DNA from: Ylistrum balloti
Lineage: Eukaryota
DNA length: 64,000 nt
Reading direction: 5' to 3'
NCBI RefSeq assembly: GCF_031769215.1
Contig: NW_026781965.1
Location: 2,914,001-2,978,000 of the forward strand
Shown here: positions 1-14,300 of the stretch, in pieces
Layout: each line of letters opens with the position of its first letter
Numbering within the stretch: the first letter of the stretch is position 1
Notes under the pieces: generated by a model
Databases searched by the model: none
The model's input: the letters and a program-made list of their open reading frames with translations, nothing else
Told to the model about the DNA's origin: nothing
Position numbers and translations under genes: made by a program

Positions 1-1484
1 TGGTAAATTTTGATAAGATTTGTTTCCCTTTAGATGGAAATCAGCTTCAAAATAATTTTCTCAAAAGAAGGAACCCAGGGATGAGGGGGATGACAACTTC
101 ATGGAAACACATTTCCCATCTCCCTAAGGTTTCTACCATAAGGGTGATATACCTCAGCTGGTTATCCCTAATAATTACCAGTGGTCGCCAGGTTGGCAAT
201 CTCAGCTTCCAGACACAGCTGTGATCTTGGCTAAAAATATCTAAAATAGCTACAATTCTGCCAATTTCATCTACTTCTTTTGTTGTCGTGTTGCCTGCAA
301 ATAGCTGTAATCAGTGTAAATAACTTCTGAAGGAAAGAAGTGGAGCCCTGACAATTTTTAGGTAAAAGCATCTGTACCAATTTCCCAGTGAACCCTTAGT
401 GGATTCTCAAGAAAGTTGTACAAAAGACTCACAAGTGAATAGCACCTCTTAAAACAAATTTAGAATAGGGCAAGTGAATGAAATTGCATGATATAATTGT
501 TTTGTGTTGCCAGGACACACCAGTGATGCTACTTTCCTAAATTTTGAAGTCCAGGAGGTGACTAAGGAAAATCCAAAATGATCAAAAGAAAAAATGTCAA
601 AATCTAGATAAGGATGTGTACAAGCCCAATGATTCCATAAATTACAGATCCTAAAAAGTAATTTAAGGATTTAAAATGATTCTGTGTACTGATATTCTGA
701 ACAAGTGAGAATAATATTCATTGTAGAAAATCATTCTCTTACATTTCCTTCTAGATCTTAGCAATACCAGGTACTGGCATTCTGACTAGTGCGGGTCCAC
801 TGTATATCATTTGTATATTTGTCATGGTTTAAATTTCAACTTTGAACTCGACCCCTGAGTCAGTGAGTAGGTAGTTGATATAGTAGCAAACCTTCTGGTC
901 AAGATTCAAAGTGTTCAGTCCTTAGCAAACTTCAACTGAAAATTTCTAATTCATACTCCATGGGTTGAGATTTGCAGTGTCATTCCTCAAAGTGGGGGCA
1001 GATTCTGTAAGCCTTACATACTGTATTAAAGGATGCATGGTTTACTGATTTGTATAATTCATAAACAGGGACAAAGGACATGGACAGTCATCATCTGCAG
1101 TGGGCAAGATGATTTTGAAGGCTTTAACAGCTGGTGGGTACTACCTTTTTTCACAGATTGATTTCCTGCTTTATACTGTACATTGAAAGTAACGTAACTG
1201 CCTCTTAGCAAACTCATATATCTCATTTCACTAATCAGTCATTCATTAATCATATAGCGCATTTAACTTTTATATCAATGTTGTGCATCAAGGTGATCAG
1301 ACTCAAGTTTTAATAGTAAGAAAATTTAGATATGGTCTGATTTAATGAAATACAGATATGTTTGGATTTTTGTATGAAGAAATCAACCACAGTTGCCATT
1401 AATTTATGTTTTGATACAGTATTTGGATAAATGAAGGCCCTGCTTTAGTAATACATAATGATTTATTTTCATTTTATTAAACAG

Positions 1485-2366
1485 GTCAATCAGTAGACCA
1501 GCAAACCATTAGTACCACACCTGTCAATCAGGTGGGTTCTGCATCAAGTTTAAGTGGTGGCCAAAGGGAAGCAAACAAGGAATCTGATAGAATGTCAAGC
1601 AGGTCGAAGAGGCAGTCTGAGACAAGGGATTCTGAACTGAAATCTCCCTCTGATAGAAATCGACAAGTTTTAAAAACAAGGGAAAGATCTAACATCGGAC
1701 AGGTTCATTCAAAATCTGATACAACTAGTGAACCAGGGTCTAAGTTTACATCACATTCAAAGTCACAATCTCAATTTAATGAAAAAAGTGCTCCAAAATC
1801 AGCATCACAGTCAACTAAAAAAACAGATGCTGAACAGAAATTACAATTACCTGGTAAAGTTGCCTCTAAATCTGTATCTCAGTTGACCACCACATCCTCT
1901 TCTAATGTTACTTCCCGATCAGGCCATGCTGATTCTAAGTCTTCCACACAATCAACTGCTCCAAAGTCTTCATCACAGTCAGCTAGCAATTCTATTCCAA
2001 AGCCAAATCAATTGACAAGCAGTGCTGGTGCAAAGCAAACACAGTCAACAAGCAGTGCTGCTGTGAAGTTTCCAGCAAAATCGACAAGCAATGCTGCTGT
2101 GAAGTCTGCAGCACATTTGACAAGCAGTGCTGCTGTGAAGTCTGCTACACAATTGGCAAGCAGTGCTGCTGTGAAGTCTGCAGCACAATCGACAAGCAGT
2201 GCTGCTGTGAAGTCTGCGGCACAATCGACAAGCACTGCTGCTGTGAAGTCTGCTACACAATTGGCAAGCAGTGCTGCTGTGAAGTCTGCGGCACAACCGG
2301 CAAGCAGAGCTGCTGCAAAATCTCCTGCAAACATGGCTGCAGAATCTTCAACCACTAACTCTGCTG
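1485..2366 (+). CDS. Gene 1 exon a (Ser/Lys/Ala-rich, contains 12-aa repeat)
   Basis: Acceptor ttattaaacag|GT, donor GCTG|gtaaga; ORF 1532-2383; phase 1 in, phase 1 out. Confidence 0.9.
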
Positions 2367-5300
2367 GTAAGAGCAATATTTGAAAACTTGCATGTTTTCT
2401 CATAAGAATTAAATTTCTATTTTATTCAGGTTATTAAAAATTGAATAGCTGGCAAAGCTAGTTATAATGAATTTACTGCAGTTTGCTCCAAATAGTCTTA
2501 ACAAAATAGAAAGTTAATCTTCATTTTTCACAAAATTTGATGTTAAAAGAAATATTTACAAAGGCATTTCAAAATGTCAAGTATGTGATAATTCTCGGGA
2601 ATTTCTCTAAAATAAACATGTGTCATACATTGCATGTTGTAGTTATTTTGATGGTTCAACTTTTCATACTTTACCAAAAGCTTGAAAAAAACTTGTCATT
2701 TTTCACAGACATCTTGAATGGACAATGGTCCTCTATATTTATGATTTTATTCCATTATGAAAATAGAAGAAAACTTATAAAGTTTCACAATATTAGTTAT
2801 AATATAACAACAATATCAATTACAGTTTAAAAATATTTATTATAGTTTAACAATATTAATCGCAGTGTAACAATATTAATTACAATATGAATAAGAGTTT
2901 AAAAGTGTTATTTACAGTACAACAATAGTAATTATAGTTAGCTATTTATTACAGTATAACAATATGATAAAGTATATTGATACATATGTTGGACTTATTT
3001 AACATAATCATTTGCATAATAGCATTCTTCATTTGATATCAGTATTCCAGATACATGTTATGAAAAAAAAGATGCAGAAAATTTCTGATATTTCAGACAA
3101 AACAGGAAGGCAGAGTGAAACAGCTGATGGGCTCATCAAGGTAGGATCATTGAAATATTCTAATTTAGGCTTGGTACAAAATAAAATACAATGAAATTTT
3201 TTAACATAATGTTTGTATATGATAAATTACGATGCACTATTTTTATGTGATCTTTATACACGATAAAATAAAACTAACTTTTCAAGCATTATCTCTATAT
3301 ATAATGAATGATATATTCTAATATACTCTGTGGACAAAATGAAGTACAATGAGATATTCACCATTTTAAGATCGTGTCCTCGGAGGCAGTGTTTTTTAAT
3401 GTATTGTGATTGGTAACAGTGTTAAGAAGGTTTGTTATTACTTGTGTTTATATCTGTAGAAGTCACTGACCATAACTCATATTAGTATGATTTGGTCAGT
3501 AAAAAGAATGACAGACTAACAGTATGTAAAGTGATATGATATGATATACATCATAGTAATTTTATTCATTTTAAATCTCCTTTTTATGATATTTTTGTTA
3601 TTATTTTCAGACGCTGTCATTGAAACTTGAAGAGATAATGGCCAATAAAAGGTTATGTTTATACATAATTTGATCTGACTGCCTTTTGGATGTCTCTGTC
3701 TTTTTATTGGATGGAAGAGGAGGACATATTTATCACATAGTGTTGACCATGTCTATCCTGTAACATAGATGAGAAAAATATGTATACACTTAATTGTTTG
3801 CTCTTGACATGCACACTTACTATCTACACTAACATTCATGACATAAGATATAAATATATTTGTGATATTTGTGAAATTTGTTTTACTGATCTGATTTTGA
3901 ATTATCTCACAGAGACAACAATGCTGAAGATAAGGACATGATTTTACTACTGAAGTCAACACTGGATGCAGCTCGCAAACGAACAAAGGAGTAAGTACTC
4001 TTAAATGATTGTACAGTGTACCTTCAGATGAGATAAAAGCTTCCATGATATGGATACTCCAGTCAGTTTTTCTTTGCATTGACACCCAACATCTGTTCCT
4101 CGTCATTTAGAATCCCACTAATTCATTAAAGTAAGGGGTTTGTGAATCAAATGAGGTTTGAACCATTGATGGTGAAGGGGGACATGATTTGTATACGTGG
4201 CGGTTACTTCTCTCAACAGTAGATAGGGGAAAAAAATTCAAAAGGTTAAATGGGTATTTTAAGATTATTCCACATGGAGCATCCTTTGGCCCAATGTTGT
4301 ATAAATGGAAGATTTAGTTCATACGCGAGCATTATGAGGATATTAGGGGAATTTTTGCATCTCTCATATTTGGGAAAGAGTACCTGGACTCTTATACCTG
4401 GTATGTGATATGGAGTAATTCTAAACTATGAAAGTGAAATTATATTGATGGCATGTAATCAAGGATTTTTTGTGTAAATTTAGTGCACCAAAAGAAGACG
4501 GTAATAAAAAGTCTAATGAAAAACCAGTGGAGGAGAGTCAGAAGTCTGAGGAGGAGAAGGTGGAAAAGGTAGCATGGTCTGACCACCAAGATGGATGGGG
4601 TAAGTAGCCGGCATTCACTCAAGTCAAGACAACAAAAAACAAAAAAAATTAAAACGAGCTGGAATTCAGCTTTAAATATGAATTTAAGTCTAAAACCTTT
4701 TATCCTTCAGAATTAATTGTGGCTAAAAGTTACAACAATGCATCAATTACTGTGCTATAGGTGATTAACATGATATATCTGAGGTAGTTATTAGATTTAT
4801 AAAGATTTGTCATGATAGCTAAAAAAGGTGTGTCATTTTGTACAGGAGAAGACATTAACAGTGATGAAGACTTTGATGTTGATTCAACTGGAACAGATGG
4901 GAAACTCCAAAGCACTGACGGAAAAGTGATGGTGAAACCAGTCATTAAATATAGGAGGCATCTGACAAAGCAAGAGTGGGCAAAACTGAAGAAAGCTGCA
5001 GAAAATGCTATAGCAGAATCTAATGAAGATATTGGTCAGTATCTTTACAGCTCGCACACTCAACCAGCAGTTAAATTATTGTTATATCTGAATTAAAAGT
5101 GTCCATTTAGTTGACATTTTATCTGAATAACAATATTGAATACAGATAGAATCTACAGTAGTAAGTTGACATCAACACCTTTTCCACTATTTTGTTTTTC
5201 CACTCAATATTCAAATCGCTGCAATTCATCATGTTCAAGCATCTGTCCTGAAAATCTGCAATGAAGTGTTTTAAAGTTTTTGATTGATAATTGCAGGATA

Positions 5301-8300
5301 TGAAATGTGATATACAGAGACATACTTACTTTTATATTAATTAATTTCAGACATTGAGCAAGCCATCATCCGAGAGGCCAAGAAAGTTGATCTGGGTAAC
5401 AAGGTAAGATATTATGTTACAATAGACCAGGGAATGGTTTTGTCTTTTTCCTTAAAAAAAATAACTTCAATTTTTAAGATTTTGGAAAGCACCACAGCTC
5501 ACTGAATAAATACTTTGAATGGTGTCTGCTTTGTTTTTCTATTGGAAATAAACTTATCTGATCATTGTTTGTTTTTGTGAGATAATAAGGGTTATCTCGG
5601 AACAGACGTGAGGCAGTTTGATCAGAATAATAGTTGAGGAAAGGTTTAAATCAGAAATGAATTAAAGGATATCAAATCTAGACTAAAGTGTTTGTCATAA
5701 TGATGTAGTATATCAGTAAAGTTTTTATCATTTTACCGTGGCTTAAGCCTAATGGTAAACATTTTACAAGTGCTAATTCTGTTAACTGGATTGGATTAAT
5801 GTGTTTGAGAGTGGGTCCATTTTTTAGATAAACCCAAAACAGTTATTAAATCTAATGGGGAACTTTGATAAATGAAAAGTTAAAGTTGGGAATTAAAGAG
5901 CTGCGTATTTTAATTACAAAATTGTTGGCAGTATTTCATTGTTATCACATTTAGTACACCATCCAATGTTGATTAGCTAGATGATCTGTATACTAATTAA
6001 ACATCACAGAAAATGTCCTGTTTGGATTCCACAAACAACTTCAGGAAATATTTATTTTCATACTGTAAACATACCTAATTTGATCCTATCAAATTTTTGC
6101 ATGTAAGAAATGGATATCAGTATTTTAAATACTTTTCCCTTAATTAGAATTAATCACTTTCAGCAAACTAAACCGGGTGAACAATACAGATCCAATGGGC
6201 CTCTTGTTTTTTATTTGAATTTTTATGAGAATGTTTTACAATTAAGGACACTGTATACAATTTAAACTTGTGTCCTTAATTGTAAAGTTTTGAGGTTTTT
6301 ATGCTGTGGTTCCTGATCAAAATAGAAGGAAACAGATTTTGTCAGTGCTGCTGATGAGATAACATATGAAAACAATTTCTGCCAGATGACATGAACATTT
6401 TCAACAAATGGATTAAGATGATAAATTGTCATTATACACAACAATGGAAGAGTAACAGGGATGTTATTAGCAGAAAGGGAAATGGACAAGTATGTCCACT
6501 TAAGAAATCTGAAATAAACATAGTTATTAGAACAGATGACATGGATATTGCCCAGCATACCACAAGGTATCTTCCTCAATTCTGAGGCTCTATGTTGAAA
6601 AAAAAAAGTTTTCTTTTGTTCAAGATCAGTTTAAAGTCTCGAGAACTAGAATGCTGACTTCATGTAAAAAATATAGTTTAAAAAATTTTACTGGATGAAT
6701 AAATAACCAGGTTTGGTTAATGATGATTTAATACACAGAATATTTCAGTTTCTCTTGTCAGTTTCTAGTGTTAGTTATTGTGGAGTGTTTAACAACAGCA
6801 GGAATACTGGAAGTAGTCAGTGATGAAACTTCAGGCATGCCTTTCATTCTCATTGGACCCTGGTCCCACGGTCTGTAACATTACAAAAACTCCCATAAGG
6901 ACAAGGCTGTCATGTTTTACATCTCAAGATAACTTGCTCTCTCTCAAGATGAAGTCATTATGATGGAAGTCTTCATGTACAAGCCTATCTAGTACCAGAC
7001 AAGCTGTCGAGGTAATGTAAACAGTGGATCTTTCATCAGAAGACACAGTTGTACAGATTAAATACACAGCCCTGAGATCTGAAGCTATTTCTATATAGAC
7101 CAAGATCTGCTGTTCATACTGTAGCAGTCTATTGATATGATGTAGTTCTGACAAAGATGCCCATTCAGTCATCAAACATTTGAAATGTAAATACAAAGAT
7201 TGAAATGTATATAAGGAAATTATATAAATCATATCTTCTTGCTACACCTCCCAACACGGAGAAAACATCACCGTTATATAATCAGATACAGGTGAGAACT
7301 TGGACATCGGAATATTTTGTCATTTGATATATATTTGATACATGCAAGAACTGTTTGAAGTTGAATGCATGTTCTCCATGTTGACAGTGATAATATAGAA
7401 ATAAACTTAAACAATAATTTGGAATATACAGTTAGACAATGGATCTACCACTTTTTAATGTTGGAAGTCTCCTGACTGGCACTATTTGTGAAAAGACTAC
7501 TGTGGATCAGCATTGACATTACCAGGAGTCAATGTCAGGTCTTGGAAAGTGCCTTTTGGTCATAACTTGACTCACAGATGGAGATAAATACCTAGAGTAC
7601 ATGATGAAGTCAGAAGTCAACTAGCTAATTGATCTAAACTTTTGATGTGTAGAGACAGTCATAGAAAAACTTAAAATGGAACAATCAGATAAAAAGCCTT
7701 TCTAGAAATAGGGCAAGTTATATCCACATGGAGCAAGCCTGATCTGTATTTGTATCAGGAGAGAAAAGACACAATGTAACCATGTGGAGCATGCCTGGTC
7801 AATGTTTGTATGAGGAGAGAAATGACACAATGTAACCTGATGTGGAGCATGCCTGGTCCATGTTTGTATCAGGAGAGAAAAGACACAATGTAACCATGAG
7901 GAGCATGCCTGGTCCATGTTTGTATCAGGAGAGAAATGACACAATGTAACCTGATGTGGAGCATGCCTGGTCCATGTTTGTATCAGGAGAGAAATGACAC
8001 AATGTAACCATATGGAGCATGCCTGGTCCATGTTTGTATCAGGAGAGAAAAGAAACAATGTAACCATATGGAGCATGCCTGGTCCATGTTTGTATCAGGG
8101 GAGAAAAGACACAATGTAACCATGAGGAGCATGCCTGATCTATGTCTGTATCAGGAGGGAAAAGACACAATGTAGCCATGTGGAGCATGCCTCGTCCATG
8201 TTTGTATCAGGAGAGAAATGACACAATGTAACCATATGGAGCATGCCTGGTCCATGTTTGTATCAGGAGAGAAAAGACACAATGTAACCATGAGGAGCAT

Positions 8301-11300
8301 GCCTGGTCCATGTTTGTATCAGGAGAGAAATGACACAATGTAACCTGATGTGGAGCATGCCTGGTCCATGTTTGTATCAGGAGAGAAAAGACACAATGTA
8401 ACCATGAGGAGCATGCCTGGTCCATGTTTGTATCAGGAGAGAAATGACACAATGTAACCATGAGGAGCATGCCTGGTCCATGTTTGTATCAGGAGAGAAA
8501 TGACACAATGTAACCATGAGGAGCATGCCTAGTCCATGTTTGTAGCAGGGGAGAAATGACACAATGTAACCTGATGTGGACCATGCCTGGTCCATGTTTA
8601 TATCAGGAGAGAAAAGACACAATGTAACCATATGGAGCATGCCTGGTCCATGTTTATATCAGGAGAGAAAAGACACAATGTAACCATATGGAGCATGCCT
8701 GGTCCATGTTTGTATCAGGAGAGAAAAGACACAATGTAACCTGATGTGGAGCATGCCTGATCCATGTTTGTATCAGGAGAGAAAAGACACAATGTAACCG
8801 GATGTGGAGCATGCCTGGTCCATGTTTGTATCAGGAGAGAAAAGACACAATGTAACCATGAGGAGCATGCCTGGTCCATGTTTGTATCAGGAGAGAAAAG
8901 ACACAATGTAACCATGTGGAGCATGCCTGATCCATGTTTGTATCAGGAGAGAAAAGACACAATGTAACCATGTGGAGCATGCCTGGTCCATGTTTGTATC
9001 AGGAGAGAAAAGACACAATGTAACCATATGGAGCATGCCTGATCCATGTTTGTATCAGGGGAGAAATGACACAATGTAACCTGATGTGGAGCATGCCTGG
9101 TCCATGTTTGTATCAGGAGAGAAAAGACACAATGTAACCATGAGGAGCATGCCTGGTCCATGTTTGTATCAGGAGAGAAAAGACACAATGTAACCATGAG
9201 GAGCATGACTGGTCCATGTTTGTATCAGGAGAGAAAAGACAATATACTCACATGGAAATCGCCTGATGATGTTTTGTATCGGTTGCACCTACTATACCAG
9301 AGAAACCAGGGGAAAACTGATTCCTCATCAGTTATTACATGATAGTAACCAGTGGAAAATTTAATTTCTTCAGTGACTGTACCACAGAAAGCAGGGAAAG
9401 CAGAAAGAGCTGCATCTCCATCAGTTACCACACCACAGAAACCAGGGAGGAACTGAATTCTCATCAGTGATTGTAACACAGAAACCAGGGAGGAACTGAA
9501 TTCTCATCAGTGATTGTAACACAGAAACCAGGGAGGAACTGAATTCTCATCAGTGATTGTAACACAGAAACCAGGGAGGAACTGAATTCTCATCAGTTAC
9601 CACACCACAGAAACCAGGGAGGAACTGAATCCCCATCAGTTACCACACCACAGAAACCAGGGAGGAACTGAATTCCCATCAGTGATTGTAACACAGAAAC
9701 CAGGGAGGAACTGAATTCTCATCAGTTACCACACCACAGAAACCAGGGAGGAACTGAATCCCCATCAGTTTCCACACAACAGAAACCAGGGAGGAACTGC
9801 ATTCTCATCAGTGATTGTATCACAGAAACCATGGAAGAGCTGCATCCCCATCAGTTACCACACCACAGAAACCAGGGAGGAACTGCATTCTCATCAGTGA
9901 TTGTAACACAGAAACCAGGGAAGGAACTGAATTCTCATCAGTGATTGTAACACGGAAACCAGGGAAGGAACTGAATTCTCATCAGTGATTGTATCACAGA
10001 AAGCAGGGAAGAACTGCATCCCCATCAGTTATCACACCACAGAAACCAGGGAGGAACTGCATTCTCATCAGTGACTGCACCACAGAAACCAGGAAAGAAC
10101 TATGTCCTTATCAGTCACCATAGCAGAGAAACCAGAAGAAATGAAACTAGGGAATCATGGCATCCTCATCTGTTACTCAGGAAAGAACATGTACCCCAGA
10201 ATCATGATGAAATTGTATCTTCATGCAAAACTTTTTCACAGAAATCATATAGACCTGTATCTTCTTTTATCACCGTATCAATGACACCAGGAAATGAGTG
10301 TATCCTCCTTGGTCACCATATCACAGGAACTGTATCCTTATCATTTTAAATAACACAAAGATCACAGAAATCATAGTATAGCTGTTTTTTTTTCTTTTTC
10401 CATGTAAGGAAATCATGGGCAAACAGCCTTCTTGTCAGGCACTGAAGCACAGAAAGCAGGGTGTGACTGCATCAGATACTTCCTTATCAGTTACTGTATC
10501 ATACTGTATACAAGGCAATGCTTTCCTGAAATATCTGTTGCCCTCAAAGAAAAATGTTCATCTTCACTTAGTCTTAAAGTTGCCTTTAACATTCTTTGTA
10601 GGAAATGTGTATATTATCTCTAAAGTGCCCAACATATGTTTATACTTCATTTACAAAGGAGGAGATGGACAGGAGATGAACTGTGGGAAAAGTTTCCACA
10701 TATACCATATAACCAGGACCATATAGCATTTCTATAAATATCTGTGTCTTCATCTGAATTACAGAAGCTGGGACAGGACGGAACTGTAAGATGTGTTGTC
10801 TCTCACTACACTGTAGCAAAAAATGCTATGTGTTCATCTAAGACTGTGATATCATCCATCTTTATTCAACACCTGGAAGGTGATGGTGTTCACCTATCTA
10901 TTACAACTGGCAGATGGTTTCGGCCTATTTATAACACATGGAAGGTGATGATGTCCACCTATTTATAATACATGGAAAGTGATGTTGTCCACCTATTTAT
11001 AACACATGGGAGGTGATGGTGTCCACCTATTTATAACACATGGAAGGTGATGGTGTCCACCTATTTATGATACATGGAAGGTGATGGTGTCCACCTATTT
11101 ATAACACATGGAAGGTGTTGGTGTCCACCTATTTATAACACATGGAAGGTGATGGTGTCCACCTATTTATAACACATGGAAGGTGATGGTGTCTACCTAT
11201 TTATAACACATGGAAGGTGATGGTGTCTACCTATTTATAACACATGGAAGGTGATGGTGTCCACCTATTTATAACACATGGAAGGTGATGGTGTCCACCT

Positions 11301-14300
11301 ATTTATAACACATGGAAGGTGATGGTGTCCACCTATTTGGTGATGTTGTCCACCTATTTATAATACATGGAAGGTGATGATGTCCACCTATCTATTACAA
11401 CTTGAAGGTGGTGTCGGCCTATTTATAATACATGGAAGGTGATGGTGTCCACCTATTTATAACACATGGAAGGTGATGGTGTCCACCTATTTATAACACA
11501 TGGAAGGTGATGTTGTCCACCTATTTATAACACATGGAAGGTGATGTCCACCTATTTATAACACATGGAAGGTGATGATGTCCACCTATTTATAACACAT
11601 GGAAGGTGATGGTGTCCACCTATTTATAACACATGGAAGGTGATGGTGTCCACCTATTTATAATACATGGAAGGTGATGGTGTCCACCTATTTATAACAC
11701 ATGGAAGGTGATGGTGTCCACCTATTTATAACACATGGAAGGTGATGGTGTCCACCTATTTATAACACATGGAAGGTGATGTTGTCCACCTATTTATAAC
11801 ACATGGAAGGTGATGATGTCCACCTATTTGTTACAACTGGCGGATGGTTTCGGCCTATTTATTACAACTGGAGGGTGGTATCAACCTTTTTGTGATACAT
11901 GGAAGGTGTTAGTATCCACCTACATATAACATTTGGGAGGAGAAGCTCTCTAGATATCTATAACATCTGGAAGATGGCAATGTCCTATCTATAATATTTG
12001 GGAGGAGAAGCTCTCTAGATATCTATAACACCTGGAAGATGGCAATGTCCTATCTATAACATTTGGGAGGTGATGCTCTCTAGCTATCTATAAAACCTGG
12101 AAGATGACAGTGTCCAGTTATCTATAACACCAGAAAGGTGGCAATGTCCTATCTATAACATTTGCAAGACAGCAATGTCTAGCTGTCTCTAACAAGTGGA
12201 ATGTGGCAGTGCCCATTTTCATATACATCTGGAAAGTAATGTTGTCCAGCAATCTTATAACAGGTGGAAGATGTCAGTGTCCAGCAATCTTATAACAGGT
12301 GGAAGGTGTCAGTGTCCAGCTATATATAACACCTAGAAGGTGGCATTTTGTAGCTATATATAACACCTGGAAGGTGGCATTGTGCAGCTATATATAACAC
12401 CTGGAAGGTGGCAATGTCCAGCTATATTTAACACCTGGAAGGTGGCAGTCTAGCTATATATAACACTTGGAAGGTGGCAGTGTCCGGCTATATATAATAC
12501 CTGGAAGGTGGCAGTGTCCAGCTATATATAACACCTGGAAGGTAGTAGTGTCCATCTATACATAATACCTGGAAGGTGGCCTATATATAACACCTGGAAG
12601 GTGGCAGTGTCCAGCTTTATATAATACCTGGAAGGCGGCAGTGTCCAGCTATATATAACACCTGGAAAGTGGCAGTGTCCAACTATATTTAACACCTGGA
12701 AGGTGGCAGTGTCCAGCTATATATAAATCTTGGAAGATGGCAGTGTCCAGCTGTATATAACACCTGGAAGGTGGCAGTGTTCAGTTATATATAATACCTA
12801 TAAGGTGGCAGTGTCCAGCTATATATAACACCTTGCAGGTGGCAGTGTCCAGCTATATATAACACCTTGAAGGTGGCGGTGTCCAGCTATGAATAACACC
12901 TGGAAGGTGGCGGTGTCCAGCTATATATAACACCTGGAAGGTGGTAGTGTCCAGCTATATATAACACCTAGAAGGTGACAGTGTCCAGCTACAGCTATAT
13001 ATAACACCTGGAAGGTGGCAGTGTCCAGCTATATATAATACCTGGAAGGTGGCAGTGTCCAGCTATATATAACACCTGGAAGGTGGCAGTGTCCAGCTAT
13101 ATATAACACCTGGAAGGTGGCAGTGTCCGGCTATATATAACACCTGGAAGGTGGCAGTGTCCGGCTATATATAACACCTGGAAGGTGGCAGTGTCCGGCT
13201 ATATATAACACCTGGAAGGTGGCAGTGTCCAGGTCCTTTCTATCATACTGGGGAGATTATGATTGATTAAGGTATTTATTTCACTTTTACACCAGTGTTG
13301 CAGAAAAACGTGAAAATAAAACCTATTTCGCCAATTAGAATACTGTTCAGTGTCATGATATTGTACTGTAGTGACTCATGATTGATATGTCTTACTTCTG
13401 AATGGATTTTGACTAAATACAAAGATCAAGAATAATAGTATGAATGGATTTGTGCTCTAAAGTGCAAAGGTCAAGGTCATCATTACTATTTTTGTGAGAG
13501 AATGACTCATTTTTTGCATCAGAATAGAAAAGGCATACATTTCTTTGCAATATTTTTTACTGACTACCAAACTTTGTCTCATAACTGCCTTGCCTTCATT
13601 TATCACATTTGTTTATCACAATATGTATACATCAGAGGAAGGCAATCTAACTGAATTGTACTCCACTGAAAATGAATTTATTGTCTTATTATTTTTACAC
13701 AAAGATGATACAAGTGAACAAAGGGAATTTTTTGTTGTTTTTTTTTGCTGAAGTGTTGATTATAAAAAATTTTTTGCAGTTATAAAATACTGCTCACTAT
13801 ATCATGGTTCTTAACATTATATACTGTCTTGTCAGGATTTTTGTCCGTCACATGCATTTTTCTATAATTAGGTGTTCCTATGTCTAGACATAATATCTCA
13901 CCCAAACAATGAGCTCATTATTACTGTAATTTTTTCCTGTGGGAAGCAATATTTGCAATCTTAAAGTTCATGTGACTATTTTTGATGAATTATCATTTTG
14001 ATAAGAATTAGATTTTAATTTGTTACAATCCTGATCAGGATTTTGCTTCCCTTCACTTTTATGATTATTTTGATAATATTGGGCATCCCGTAAAACTTCT
14101 GTCCTTACACATTCTTGTCATCATATTTGAAGAGAAACAATTTTGGCATCATTAACCAAATCATTTTTTTTCACTTAAAACAATATTATGTATAAATTTC
14201 GGCAAGTTGGCCATGACAGCTAAATATAACCCTCAAAAGTTTGGAAGCCAATTTTTTTCTAATGCTTTTAAAAGTCAAACTTTGCTCAAATATTAATATG

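Noticed and set aside
755-794. Possible upstream exon of gene 1 (catttccttctag|ATCTTAGCAATACCAG|gtactg; ILAIP)
   Set aside because: Good acceptor and compatible phase, but weak donor and nothing upstream to validate it; left unannotated.
7702-9342. Cluster of ORFs with repeated MLxMVTLCxFSPDTNMDQACS
   Set aside because: Translations of the 56-58-bp minisatellite; unit lengths break frame and there is no splice support.
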